IMG/VR virus record: IMGVR_UViG_3300022752_000059
Location: 2,601 to 66,600 of that record
Source: a virus
Direction: 5' to 3' (one strand)
DNA length: 64,000 bases
Of the stretch, positions 16,019 through 25,636 are shown in pieces. The notes under the pieces were generated by a model that ran no database searches, had not been told where the DNA came from, and saw only the letters and a program-made list of their open reading frames with translations. The position numbers and the translations under genes were made by a program. Within the stretch, counting starts at the first letter, position 1; each line of letters begins with the position of its first letter.

Positions 16019-18105
16019 TTACCCTTCGCTTCCGACCAGTTGTGTGCAACGTGACAGGACACTTTTAATGGTACCCCACGCAACACTACACCATCTCCCA
16101 TGGCGGAAACGAACCTAGGCATGAGCGACTCCCATTGGTCCTCGGGGACTGCGGCGACGATTTCGTCGTGGACCTGTACCAGCATCTTGCAGTTTGTGCC
16201 CTGCAACTCGTTGTCGATATTGATCATCGCCCGTTTGCAAATGTCAGCGGCGCTTCCCTGAACGACGGCATTCACAGCCTGACGTTCGGCACGGGCACGC
16301 AATTCGTCGTTCCCAGACTTCAGGTCTGGTAGACGTCTACGTCTGCCTGAGAGCGTCTTTACATAGCCGTACGCCTTTCCTTGGGATATGACATGACGCT
16401 TCCACGAGGTCAATCCAGAAAACTCTTGGTAATAACGGTTAATGATGTGTTTAGCACGGTCCTCGGACAGCCCAGTAATTCGTGCAAGTTTTCCATAGCC
16501 ACCGCCGTATGCCGTGAGGAAGTTGGCGCCCTTCCCCAGTTGTCGTTCTTCATCCGTCACCTCTTCAATGGGCTTGTTGAAGATGAGGGCGGCAGCACCT
16601 GCGTGAATGTCACGATTGTTGACAAAGATATCCATCATGTTCTCATCTTTAGAAAACATCGCCATGACTCGGAGTTCAATCTGGTCGTAGTCGGCAACCA
16701 TGAGCGTGTAGCCCTCAGGAGCGACGAACAGGCTTCTGATGCTCGAGTCACGTGGGATGTTCTGGAGATTGGGGTTTGATGAAGACAGGCGACCAGTTGC
16801 CGTACGGTGCAGGTTGAATGACGGGTGTAATCGACCTTTGTACAACTTTGGCATGAGCCCATCAACGTACGTGCTCTTGAGTTTTTGTGTTTCGGACCAA
16901 CCCAACAGCAGGTCAATGGCTGGGTGCTTTCCTTGTAGTTTGGTGAGTGACTCTTCGTCAACCGATGGGGCGCCCTTTTGAGTCTGTTTGACGGGCTTCA
17001 GTCCTAGTCCGCCTTCACGCTTCTTGTTGAACAGAAAGGCTTGCTTGTGCTTTGTGGAATCTGGATTGAATCCGATGGGGGCATACTCGGACAAGCCCAA
17101 AAGAATCTGTTGCATCTTGTCGTCAAGTTCCTTACCCAAGGTCTTTAGGCGGTGCGAGTCAACCGAGATGCCTTGGTTTTCCATCTGCATGAGAACGTAA
17201 AGTACGTCAGAATCCTGAACGAGTGAGCGTTGTAGTTCTTCTTGCGCCTCTAAATAGCGAGCCATTCGTACGTAAAGCATCCATGTCCATCGTGCGTCAA
17301 GGTGCACGTAACGGGTGGCGGCGTCAAACGAAACCTTGTCGATGATCTTTCCAAGTTTTCCGTCACGGGCGTATGCATCATGTTTTTCGTAGTTGTGGGA
17401 TATTAGGTTTTCCAACGAATACGACGACAAGTTTTCGTTGATGATGTGTTGAAGAATCATGGTGTCCCTAAATGGTTTGCACGGAAGGGCACCGTAATAC
17501 TTTGATATTGAGCGGGCATCGAATTTAACGTTGTGCCCAACCTTTATGAGACCTTCGTCAAAGAACAACGGACGAAGTGCCTCAAATACCTGACTGCGGT
17601 TGAGTTGTTCGGGAGGCGGTCCGTACACGGCGGGTTTGGCGTAGCGAACCTTAGCCATCGACTCTTGACCATTTTTCAATATCTTGCGAAATCCTGGAGG
17701 CGGGACTGTGGTGCCGTCACCTACCTCTTCTGGTTCAAGCACATACCCAACTTGGTGACCCATGGGAATAGCCCACGAATGACCTTTGGTTGCGATACCA
17801 ATCCAAAACACCTCGTTGCGCAAAGGGTCGAGCGCCAACATGGAACGATACTCAGATTCGATCGCCTCACGTGCCCGCTGACGAATCTCTGGGCTTGGGC
17901 TCTTGAGTTTGGACACATGGGCTTTCCAATCAGCCTCGATGTGCTCAGTAAGTTCTGGATGACGCTCCAGCACGCCACGAGACTCAATGTCAAAGGCAAA
18001 TGCTCCGACGCCCTTTACGACGTCAACAATCTCCTTGACTTCCTGAATGGTCGTTACGGCACGGGACTGCTGGAGCCCCGTGCCGTTGACGGCAACGGTA
18101 GTCAC
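16015..18105 (-). CDS. polA: Family A DNA polymerase with 3'-5' exonuclease
   Basis: AFDIE, GHNVKFD, TATGRLSSSNPNLQNIP, ADYDQIELR, R..GK..NF...YG, QGSAAD, VHDE. Confidence 0.97.
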   Translation of the reverse strand: MTTVAVNGTGLQQSRAVTTIQEVKEIVDVVKGVGAFAFDIESRGVLERHPELTEHIEADWKAHVSKLKSPSPEIRQRAREAIESEYRSMLALDPLRNEVFWIGIATKGHSWAIPMGHQVGYVLEPEEVGDGTTVPPPGFRKILKNGQESMAKVRYAKPAVYGPPPEQLNRSQVFEALRPLFFDEGLIKVGHNVKFDARSISKYYGALPCKPFRDTMILQHIINENLSSYSLENLISHNYEKHDAYARDGKLGKIIDKVSFDAATRYVHLDARWTWMLYVRMARYLEAQEELQRSLVQDSDVLYVLMQMENQGISVDSHRLKTLGKELDDKMQQILLGLSEYAPIGFNPDSTKHKQAFLFNKKREGGLGLKPVKQTQKGAPSVDEESLTKLQGKHPAIDLLLGWSETQKLKSTYVDGLMPKLYKGRLHPSFNLHRTATGRLSSSNPNLQNIPRDSSIRSLFVAPEGYTLMVADYDQIELRVMAMFSKDENMMDIFVNNRDIHAGAAALIFNKPIEEVTDEERQLGKGANFLTAYGGGYGKLARITGLSEDRAKHIINRYYQEFSGLTSWKRHVISQGKAYGYVKTLSGRRRRLPDLKSGNDELRARAERQAVNAVVQGSAADICKRAMINIDNELQGTNCKMLVQVHDEIVAAVPEDQWESLMPRFVSAMGDGVVLRGVPLKVSCHVAHNWSEAKGK

Positions 18106-18842
18106 TCGTTATCGAAACCGAGTTCTTCGGTGGCGATGCGGAGGAGTTCCGCACGAGACGGAACCTGAATGATGTCTTCCGTGTAGGAAATCTTCGTGAA
18201 GTGCGCCAATGATGATTCATCAAGCGGAGAGAAACCCCACTCTTCAAGGTCACGCTCACGAACCATCTGGAGCAAGGTCGACGACGTCGCACCCTTACCA
18301 GTACGGCTGATTGCCCAGTAGTGCTTGTTGATTGGACCAGTGCGCTCGCTGTTGTGGAAGTTCTTCAACTGGTCAACGACACGAACACCGACCTCCAACG
18401 AACGGAGGACGGGCTCCTCGTCTCCCGAGAGAAGCACCACGTTAAAAGCAGTGCGCTTGGACGGACGGTTGCCAGCAGCGCACAATGGACAGCCAGCGCC
18501 GAGGCACACGAAGGACTTCTGTCCAGTGCGCTCAACCCAATGCTGACCATACGAGGCGTACGGAGCGTCCTTGATGAACTTGATGATTTGTGTTTCTTCG
18601 GTCAACTTGAGGCGGACTGCGTACTCGCCACTATCGGTCTTGACTGCGTCAACACCATCCCAACCACCACGCACGACACGGCGTGCCTTGGGAGCCTGTT
18701 CGATGTCGTCTTCGGTCAGAGTGATCTGCGGTCGGGGCTTACGAACTGGTGCGTCGTTGTCATCGACAGTCACCGTGCGTTGCACCTTCTTCGGAGCAGT
18801 GAACTCTTGCTCGTCATCTTCGAAATCGTTGAATGTGGACAT
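18102..18842 (-). CDS. Single-stranded DNA-binding protein (Zn-containing, gp32-like)
   Basis: HW...SFVC....CPLC; acidic N-terminus; RBS GGAGG; upstream of polA. Confidence 0.65.
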   Translation of the reverse strand: MSTFNDFEDDEQEFTAPKKVQRTVTVDDNDAPVRKPRPQITLTEDDIEQAPKARRVVRGGWDGVDAVKTDSGEYAVRLKLTEETQIIKFIKDAPYASYGQHWVERTGQKSFVCLGAGCPLCAAGNRPSKRTAFNVVLLSGDEEPVLRSLEVGVRVVDQLKNFHNSERTGPINKHYWAISRTGKGATSSTLLQMVRERDLEEWGFSPLDESSLAHFTKISYTEDIIQVPSRAELLRIATEELGFDNE

Positions 18843-18869
18843 TGCTTTTACCTCCATGAGGTCTCGTAG

Positions 18870-19304
18870 TTACTTGGGGAATTGCTTTGATGTGTATTCT
18901 CGGAAGCCGTTCCAGTCTGCGGAATCGGTGTCGAGACCGAAACGTGCAACTGCTTCCATCAAGAACTCTACCTGCTCACGGCTGTATAACCTACGTCCGT
19001 TAGAAGGTTTTCCAGGAATCTGGGAGCCCTTGGGTTTCGGGGTGCGGTAGGTGGCTTTGGGTATAAAACCCTGCCGCTCCCATAACCGAACGGTGACTGG
19101 TCTGCGCCGTAGCGCTTTAGCCAAATCCCCGATCGTGAAGAACTGTTTCTCCTCGCCATTGACACGGAACGTCTTCGGCTTCGCTCCATTAAAGCGATCG
19201 TCGATATCCGTCAGCGCCTTTGACTTGGTGCCTCGGTTCTTCGGTGGGCGAGTTCCAGGAAAATCTGGAAGATCGCCCAACATCTCTAACAGTGGGTCTT
19301 TCAT
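18870..19304 (-). CDS. MerR-like HTH DNA-binding protein
   Basis: FTIGDLAKAL.R.P.TVRLWE.QG.IP...GRRLYS.EQV. Confidence 0.8.
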   Translation of the reverse strand: MKDPLLEMLGDLPDFPGTRPPKNRGTKSKALTDIDDRFNGAKPKTFRVNGEEKQFFTIGDLAKALRRRPVTVRLWERQGFIPKATYRTPKPKGSQIPGKPSNGRRLYSREQVEFLMEAVARFGLDTDSADWNGFREYTSKQFPK

Positions 19305-19714
19305 GCTTTGAATGCCCACGTCTCTTTCTCAACGTAGAAAGAAGTAACAGTGTCGTTGAGGGATTTGTCTTCCCATGCAAGAGCAAGTAGTTTCTCTTCG
19401 CTAAGAACCTCAATGACTTCTTTGACGGTCTCCCACAAACCATTGTCCCGTACCCATTTCTCTGCTTGTGCTGAATCAAACGAGCGACTTACACGGCGCT
19501 CACGCTTGATTTCATACGGGCCGACCTTCAACCATTTGTGCCCTTTGTCGTCGATGAATCCGTTGGACTCAATTGCCTCAGTCAATTGCTTCTTCATTTC
19601 GTTCTGGCGTTTCTCGATCTTTTCAAGAAGGTCTTTGCCGTCACGATATTCCTTGACTAAGCGTTCAAGATGTTGCGGGTCTTCCTTTGGTTTGCGGACG
19701 ACTCTGGGTGCCAT
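19301..19714 (-). CDS. Hypothetical coiled-coil protein
   Basis: RBS GGAGG; in the replication operon. Confidence 0.6.
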   Translation of the reverse strand: MAPRVVRKPKEDPQHLERLVKEYRDGKDLLEKIEKRQNEMKKQLTEAIESNGFIDDKGHKWLKVGPYEIKRERRVSRSFDSAQAEKWVRDNGLWETVKEVIEVLSEEKLLALAWEDKSLNDTVTSFYVEKETWAFKA

Positions 19715-19716
19715 GT

Positions 19717-21267
19717 TTATACCTCCGAGTTGGCTATGAAGTTACTAAGTGTACCGATCGTTAATTCAAATTTGCCTTGGCTGTCGTAGCCACCGTCGAC
19801 GAACGCCTCGTTGATGCCACGCTTTTGCTGGAGCATCTCGTATTGACGTTCTTCGATGGAGCCTTTCATAACGAAGGATGCAATAGTAACGTGGGGGTGT
19901 TGCGAAGATAGGCGAATGATGCGGGCTTCACGTTGGTCTAATTTCCCAGCGCTCCACGGCAGGTCGTAAGAAATCAAGTAATTGGCTTGGGGCAAGTCAA
20001 CGCCGTAACCACCAGCATCGGAAGACAAGAACAAACGTGTGTTCGGGTCGGTGCTGAACTGTTCCTTAGCGGCGTCTCGTTCTAAGGCATCCATACCGCC
20101 CATGAACAAGACGCTATTGGTTACGTGTTTGGTTGCCTTTTGGATTAATCGAAGATTGTTCTTAAAGAAAGAAAACAGAACGACCTTGTTCTTGGGGTCT
20201 TCTTCAAGGATGTCTTCAATGTACGTCAGGACCGCCTCGAGTTTGGGTGTTGCAAAAACGTTAGGAAGAACTCCGCCCTTCACTAAGTCGTAGGCGAAGG
20301 CGCTTCCTGTGGTGTGCTGAGTGGGGTCGCTGTAGGCGTTTGCGGAATCGATTATCAACTGAGGATTGTCGCATAACATCCGCAATACGGTGAGGCGTGC
20401 CATGATTTGCCCTTGCTCTTCTCCGCCCTTGTCAGCACCGTTGTAGTGCGACCATAAATCAAACCCACGACCGTGCTTAGAGATGGCGTCTTTGATCTTG
20501 TCAAGAAGGTCTCTTGCAATGAATCGATAGACACTGGCACCAACTTTATCGAACGGTACTAATATGACCTGGTTGATTACTTTAGGTAATTGATCTTCAA
20601 TGTCTTTACGAGTCTTTCGAACCATTGCATCTTGCATCGATGCATGCAACTGTTTAAGATTGCGATAACGAACTGGTTTACCAAAATGGTCACGAACGAT
20701 AAAGGTGCGGTCAAAGAGGTCGAACTTACCGAGGACTTCTTTGTCCACAAACTCCATGATTGAAAACAGTTCCTCTGGTCGGTTCTCGATGGGTTGCCCA
20801 GTGAGGGCAAAACGGTAGTGGTATTTGCGTGACAATCGTTTGATACGTCGTGAGCGCTGTGCTCTGGGAGATTTGATGATGGTTGCTTCATCCACGACAA
20901 TCGCATCGCATTTTGCTTTGGGCAAATTGGGCTCTTCTTTAGAAAGAAGTTCTGGGTTGATAATGACGTATTGGTGGGCAAAGGCGGTACGCCATTGCTC
21001 TTCACGTTGCTTAGGAGTTCCGTCAATTACTAGAGCCTTGGAAGTGGTGAACTTCTTTATTTCACGTGCCCATTGATATTTGAGAGAGGAAGGCACCACG
21101 ACCAACGTTCGTTGAACCTCTCCTTGGGCAAGAAGGTGTTCGATGGCGGCTAACGTCGTCGGGGTTTTTCCAGCACCCATCACCATGGCAAGAAGCATCT
21201 GACCACGGTCAACCATGCGCTCCATGGCTTCCTGTTGAAATGGGTAGAGAGTTCCAGTGAATGTCAC
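19717..21267 (-). CDS. SNF2-family helicase/ATPase
   Basis: LYPFQ, MGAGKT, VDEAT, LTGQPIEN, GGYGVDL, QREARI.R. Confidence 0.9.
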   Translation of the reverse strand: MTFTGTLYPFQQEAMERMVDRGQMLLAMVMGAGKTPTTLAAIEHLLAQGEVQRTLVVVPSSLKYQWAREIKKFTTSKALVIDGTPKQREEQWRTAFAHQYVIINPELLSKEEPNLPKAKCDAIVVDEATIIKSPRAQRSRRIKRLSRKYHYRFALTGQPIENRPEELFSIMEFVDKEVLGKFDLFDRTFIVRDHFGKPVRYRNLKQLHASMQDAMVRKTRKDIEDQLPKVINQVILVPFDKVGASVYRFIARDLLDKIKDAISKHGRGFDLWSHYNGADKGGEEQGQIMARLTVLRMLCDNPQLIIDSANAYSDPTQHTTGSAFAYDLVKGGVLPNVFATPKLEAVLTYIEDILEEDPKNKVVLFSFFKNNLRLIQKATKHVTNSVLFMGGMDALERDAAKEQFSTDPNTRLFLSSDAGGYGVDLPQANYLISYDLPWSAGKLDQREARIIRLSSQHPHVTIASFVMKGSIEERQYEMLQQKRGINEAFVDGGYDSQGKFELTIGTLSNFIANSEV

Positions 21268-22196
21268 GTTAACCACCATGGTACAACCGACGAGTTGCGC
21301 AAACCATTTTCTACCTCATCGTCACTCATATCTCCAATGTCTTTGGCTTTAGAAGTTCCGTATGCAAACCATAGGACACCATTTTTGAATCGAGGAAGAG
21401 ATTTAAATAGATTCCTTGCCGACTCAATCCCCGTGCTGTCGTTGTCCATAGCAACTATGACTTTGCTGGCGACAGTGGACAAGGTTTTTAACTGCTTGGA
21501 AGTTACATAGGCGCCAAAAGTAGCAAGAGACTGCACGTTGGTAAACGCCGAAGCAAACCGAACGACGTCAAGCGGGGACTCGACAAGTAGGGCGGTTTTA
21601 GCGATGAAGCGTTCGATGCCAAAAAGGGTGTCGCCCTTCTTTACACCTTTCGGTGTGTTGTTGAACCAACCAAAGCCCTTCTCTTGCCATCCCATGAGTT
21701 CACCGAGGGGCGAGACGATTGGAATGATCCAAGCACTTTTTTCGTAGTTCCATCGGATGCCATGAGCCTTTGCCACATCTGGGTCGATGTTTCTCTTGAC
21801 GCACTCACGGACGGGTGGGTGACCAAACCTGTTGTAGGTAATCCAATCAACGTCTGGTACGTATGGAACAGCGTCTCCGCTCTTTAGGCGGTTTAATCCA
21901 CTTTCCATGAGAAGTTGGTTCACCGCCATGACGCTGTCGGGGTTTCCTGACAGTTCTGAAACGAGCGACGAAAGAGTTCCACGTGCTCCGCACGAATGAC
22001 AAATCCACAGCCCGCTAATGGCGTTCATCGACCACGACGGAGACCTATCGGCTTTACCCGTTGTCCTTTCGTGAACTGGGCAACAGCCCGATATCTCACG
22101 ATCACCAACACGGCGTACGTCAACTCCTAGTTCTTGGAGGACGTGCGCTATGTCAGTAGTACCAGTTGTCACTGTCGATGTCTTCATTCTTTTCAT
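21264..22196 (-). CDS. dnaG: DNA primase (CHC2 Zn finger plus TOPRIM)
   Basis: CPVH...CHSCG, LVES.LD, AMDND..G, KDIGD; start uncertain. Confidence 0.85.
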   Translation of the reverse strand: MKRMKTSTVTTGTTDIAHVLQELGVDVRRVGDREISGCCPVHERTTGKADRSPSWSMNAISGLWICHSCGARGTLSSLVSELSGNPDSVMAVNQLLMESGLNRLKSGDAVPYVPDVDWITYNRFGHPPVRECVKRNIDPDVAKAHGIRWNYEKSAWIIPIVSPLGELMGWQEKGFGWFNNTPKGVKKGDTLFGIERFIAKTALLVESPLDVVRFASAFTNVQSLATFGAYVTSKQLKTLSTVASKVIVAMDNDSTGIESARNLFKSLPRFKNGVLWFAYGTSKAKDIGDMSDDEVENGLRNSSVVPWWLT

Positions 22197-23412
22197 CCAC
22201 CTCGGTAAAGTTCATGTGTTGCCAGTCCCACTTGATGCGTACTTCTCCTTTTGGAGATGAGCGGGCAAGCACGACACGTATGATTGCTTGGTCGTCAATG
22301 TCTGGGTCCGACTCGACGCCAAGAACGATATCGGAGTCCTGCGCAAACGACGATGTGTATCCGATTGCCTCTGCGGTAATTGCACGAGTCTTTCTGTTGT
22401 TTAGTTTCCACGACAGCACCTGGGTGGTGCCGATGATGGGAATGTCAAAACGCTGGGCAAGTCGTTTGAGTGAACGGGTGATGTTGGTGAGCGCTTGTGG
22501 AGAGCCTTTGGGTTCTCCGTTCTCATCGTCCATTAGGTATACACCGTCGACGATGAGCAACTGCGGTCGGTGCTGTTGTACTTTTCCAGCAAGTGCACTA
22601 ACCGTGGTGAGGGATGATGCGTCTTCGGTCATGATGAACGGCTGCATGTTCCTGCGCACAGAAACCGCACGCTGAATCTTTTCCATCTCATCATCGTTGA
22701 GGCTTCCACGAATGATGTTGGTGTGGGAGATACCTGAGATGATTGCGTCGTATCGGGCAGACTGCTCTTCGATACTCATTTCAAACGAGACGTACATGGG
22801 AACAACGCCGTGGTTGTGGGCAGCGTTCGCCATGATGAGCGTCATCAGGGATTTGCCCTTCTTCGCCTCACCAACGAACGTAACCAACTGCTGAGGACGG
22901 AAACCAGCAGTGATGCGGTCAAGCCCCAGAAAACCAGAGGGAATGCCCCTAAGTCCATTAGGCGTCTTACGCATTTCTTCATATTTTGCAAGCCTCGCTT
23001 CCCATGATTGTGTGAGATCAACGTCTCTGAGTCGGGCGGTTTCGGTGGATGCTTTTTGCAAGCCTTCCGAAAGGATTTGAAAAGCATCGTCAGTGTCGTT
23101 TGAGTTCAACGACGGCAGTGCCGCTGTGATTGCAGTGACGAGGTGCTGTTGCTTGTACGAGAGGAACAACTCGTCGATTAGTGCGGCGAATGGTTCGCTT
23201 TCCGCATTGATGAGCGTGATGTCCGCATATTCCTGTTTGAACGCACGTGGAGTTGGAACGGTGCTGTACTCACGCCAGTAGTTGAGGACCCACAACCAAA
23301 TGTCACGCCACTCATCACTGAAGTGGTCGGGCTTGATTCCAGAATCGATGAGTGCAGAAATGTCGGAGGTCTGGAGGACCTTGCTGATTAGGAGATGCTC
23401 AGTGGACGCCAT
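22153..23412 (-). CDS. dnaB: DnaB-like replicative helicase
   Basis: GIPSGF..LD....G, GEAKKGKS, SFEMS, IVDGVYLM, LK.LA....IPII..Q. Confidence 0.92.
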   Translation of the reverse strand: MASTEHLLISKVLQTSDISALIDSGIKPDHFSDEWRDIWLWVLNYWREYSTVPTPRAFKQEYADITLINAESEPFAALIDELFLSYKQQHLVTAITAALPSLNSNDTDDAFQILSEGLQKASTETARLRDVDLTQSWEARLAKYEEMRKTPNGLRGIPSGFLGLDRITAGFRPQQLVTFVGEAKKGKSLMTLIMANAAHNHGVVPMYVSFEMSIEEQSARYDAIISGISHTNIIRGSLNDDEMEKIQRAVSVRRNMQPFIMTEDASSLTTVSALAGKVQQHRPQLLIVDGVYLMDDENGEPKGSPQALTNITRSLKRLAQRFDIPIIGTTQVLSWKLNNRKTRAITAEAIGYTSSFAQDSDIVLGVESDPDIDDQAIIRVVLARSSPKGEVRIKWDWQHMNFTEVDEKNEDIDSDNWYY

Positions 23413-23843
23413 CAAATCACCCATGCCGATTCTGGAGAAGAGACCGTTGCACGGACTCCGATGATTTTTGCTTGCTCATCTTGGGGCACATAGATTATCC
23501 GTATCGAGCGCTTAAAACGCAAATCGTAAGAAAGTTCGTTGACGCTCTCGTAATACATGACAGGGACGGAGATACCTTTGCGTACGAGCCACTTGTCGAT
23601 TGCATCTGCCGCCGACGGGTCAAGAAACGTGTAAACCTCTGCGCCGATTCCCAGCCTGTTTGTGTGATCGGACAAAGCCTTCAACGGTAGGTCATTTGGT
23701 TTCCAAGAACGAATGATGCGATCCCAATCGTTGGAACGGGACACGAGGAGTGAACGAAATCCAGTTGGTTCCGAAGCAAGCAATCCTTCAAATACGACAC
23801 CGAACCCACGACTGTCGTACGACTGGATGTCACCCTTCTCCAT
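23412..23843 (-). CDS. Hypothetical protein (possible degenerate HAD fold)
   Basis: GVVFEGLLA in place of the DxDG motif; coupled to dnaB. Confidence 0.55.
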   Translation of the reverse strand: MEKGDIQSYDSRGFGVVFEGLLASEPTGFRSLLVSRSNDWDRIIRSWKPNDLPLKALSDHTNRLGIGAEVYTFLDPSAADAIDKWLVRKGISVPVMYYESVNELSYDLRFKRSIRIIYVPQDEQAKIIGVRATVSSPESAWVI

Positions 23844-24480
23844 CGAGGTCCTTCAATCTGTAGTCGGAACCTTTAACGCCGATGAGATAGCACGACGCTT
23901 TGATGATGGATGCAGTCCTTGGTGAGAAGATGCTCGACAACTTATCGGGGATGATTGACGTCGTGATGATCGTCGGCAGTTTCATTTCCCACCGTGACTC
24001 AATCAAGTCCGCCGTGGTGTTTGCCATGTAATCCGTCAACCTGTCGTTGTTGAGGTTGTCAATGACAACCACGTCAAGAACACGGCGTGTGTATTTCAAA
24101 AGATTTGGATCTCCGTACATCTCTGGTAATAAGCCGTCGGAATTTCGAGCATCGTGGACCATCTCGGTATAGATGTCGTAGTTCAAGAACAGTCCGCTGC
24201 ACTGGTTCTTTGTGACGACTTCACGAAGAGCGGACACGGAGATATGTGTTTTCCCTAGTCCAGTGGGACCATAGATGTACAGACCCATGCCCTCTGACTG
24301 TTGCTCTTCAAACGTCGAGCACCATTTCCTAACCGCTTTTTGTAGGTCGTGCGGTCCGACTGTATCGGACTCAAACGAATCGAACGTGCAGTTTCTGTAG
24401 CGGGGAGGAATCCGTAAATTACGAATACGCTCATCCGTTGGTCGACTACGCCAATATTTGGGACTATGCCATTCGCTCAC
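23830..24480 (-). CDS. DnaC/IstB-like helicase-loader ATPase
   Basis: IP.RY...TF.SF, GLYIYGPTGLGKT, VVIDNL, R....LPTIITT, G.DYR. Confidence 0.88.
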   Translation of the reverse strand: MSEWHSPKYWRSRPTDERIRNLRIPPRYRNCTFDSFESDTVGPHDLQKAVRKWCSTFEEQQSEGMGLYIYGPTGLGKTHISVSALREVVTKNQCSGLFLNYDIYTEMVHDARNSDGLLPEMYGDPNLLKYTRRVLDVVVIDNLNNDRLTDYMANTTADLIESRWEMKLPTIITTSIIPDKLSSIFSPRTASIIKASCYLIGVKGSDYRLKDLDGEG

Positions 24481-24587
24481 GATTACTCCTCGTTACGCAT
24501 GAATGATTCAAAAAGATGTCAACCTTAAAAAAGGTTATGCCACACGAAACACAGTTGACGCCGAGTGCGCCACTTTTCTTTTTGTTC

Positions 24588-24980
24588 TCAGTCTTCTCGG
24601 AGGAGACGTCGGTCGGTCGTTGTTTCACTGGTTGAATCCTCGCTGGTGCCATTATCGATCTGGTTTGCCAACTTGTCAAGGTTCGCAATGAACCCTCGCC
24701 AAGGTGCCACGTCCATCGGCAACGGTCTCCGTGAAATCTCCTGCATGTATTGCAGAATCATTTGTCGGATGTCGTCGTCGGTATAACCGTGGGCGACGAG
24801 TGTAGCAAAGCACTTCATCAACGCCTTGCCATTCGTAGAAGAATTCAAACGGAGGGCGTAATCGGCGGGGACGCTGTCACGGAAGAAGTTGACGAGGGCG
24901 AGACGGTAACCCTTCTTCGGGGCTGGCGACTTTGGTCGGTCGGGGTCTTCTCCCAAACCTCTGCCCCAATCGTCGTTCAC
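24588..24980 (-). CDS. Hypothetical protein (possible stand-alone C-terminal half of the initiator)
   Basis: GTGA overlap with the initiator; lies between initiator and DnaC. Confidence 0.55.
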   Translation of the reverse strand: MNDDWGRGLGEDPDRPKSPAPKKGYRLALVNFFRDSVPADYALRLNSSTNGKALMKCFATLVAHGYTDDDIRQMILQYMQEISRRPLPMDVAPWRGFIANLDKLANQIDNGTSEDSTSETTTDRRLLRED

Positions 24981-25432
24981 AAAAGTCTCCTGTCGACTTT
25001 GGTGGGTCCCTTCTTGTTCTTTTTATTCTCTCTTGTTTGGGTGACACCCGTGTCACCCCCAGTAGTGACACCCGTGTCACCACGGAGTGACACCCGTGTC
25101 ACCGTTTCGAGGGGTGACTGGTGTGTCACCGTTTCTGGATTATTGAAATTTATGTAGTACTGGTTGGTCATACTGCGCCCGCCTTTATTGCGATGTGTGC
25201 GTTCAAGAAGTCCAATCTCCTCCAGTTTGTTCACCGATCGAATGACCGACCTACGGGAGCGCTGCATCTGCTCAGCGATGTGCTGGTACGACGTTGTGAG
25301 GCGCTGAGTTTTGGCGTCCATGTACTGCAAAAGATAAAGCGCTACCGCCAAGGAAACCTCGTCTTTTACGAGGTATGGAAGCACCCATCGGGGCAAGGGT
25401 AGGAAGGGACCGCTCAAGGTATTGCGACTCAT
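24977..25432 (-). CDS. Winged-HTH replication initiator
   Basis: LPRW...YL...SYQHIAEQM..SRRSV.R.V..LE..GLL...N.Y; contains iterons; RBS AGGAG. Confidence 0.8.
   Translation of the reverse strand: MSRNTLSGPFLPLPRWVLPYLVKDEVSLAVALYLLQYMDAKTQRLTTSYQHIAEQMQRSRRSVIRSVNKLEEIGLLERTHRNKGGRSMTNQYYINFNNPETVTHQSPLETVTRVSLRGDTGVTTGGDTGVTQTRENKKNKKGPTKVDRRLL
25040..25130. repeat. Iterons / putative replication origin
   Basis: GTGACAC-CC-GTGTCAC palindromes at 25041, 25065, 25087 and a degenerate copy at 25114, next to an AT-rich tract. Confidence 0.85.
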
Positions 25433-25450
25433 GGTTGCTCCTGTTGTTCG

Positions 25451-25481
25451 TTGACGGCTGGTGGAGAAGGCATGCTACACT
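25451..25481 (+). promoter_or_regulatory. SigA-type promoter with extended -10
   Basis: TTGACG-N19-TACACT with TGc before the -10. Confidence 0.6.
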
Positions 25482-25487
25482 ATCGAT

Positions 25488-25595
25488 TGCTCCGACATTG
25501 CAATTTTAATGGTTGGTTGTCTGTCGGGCACTGTGCAGTTCGGCTGGGGGAGGCTTTTCCACCTCCTCGGAACCTCCTGGTCTCCCCCAGCCACC
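25488..25595 (+). ncRNA. Candidate structured small RNA or leader displaying two anti-SD (CCUCCU) motifs
   Basis: Stem 1: 25488-25497 with 25522-25530; stem 2: GGCTGGGGGAG 25542-25552 with CTCCCCCAGCC 25582-25592; loop holds CACCTCCT and AACCTCCT. Confidence 0.5.
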
Positions 25596-25636
25596 TGTAA
25601 TCATCTATGCTTGTTACGCACGATAGGAGGCCCGCT

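Noticed and set aside
25040-25130. Palindromic repeats with spacers as a possible mini-CRISPR array
   Set aside because: Repeats are 16-17 bp with 5-10 bp gaps, inside an initiator gene; this fits iterons, and no cas operon is present
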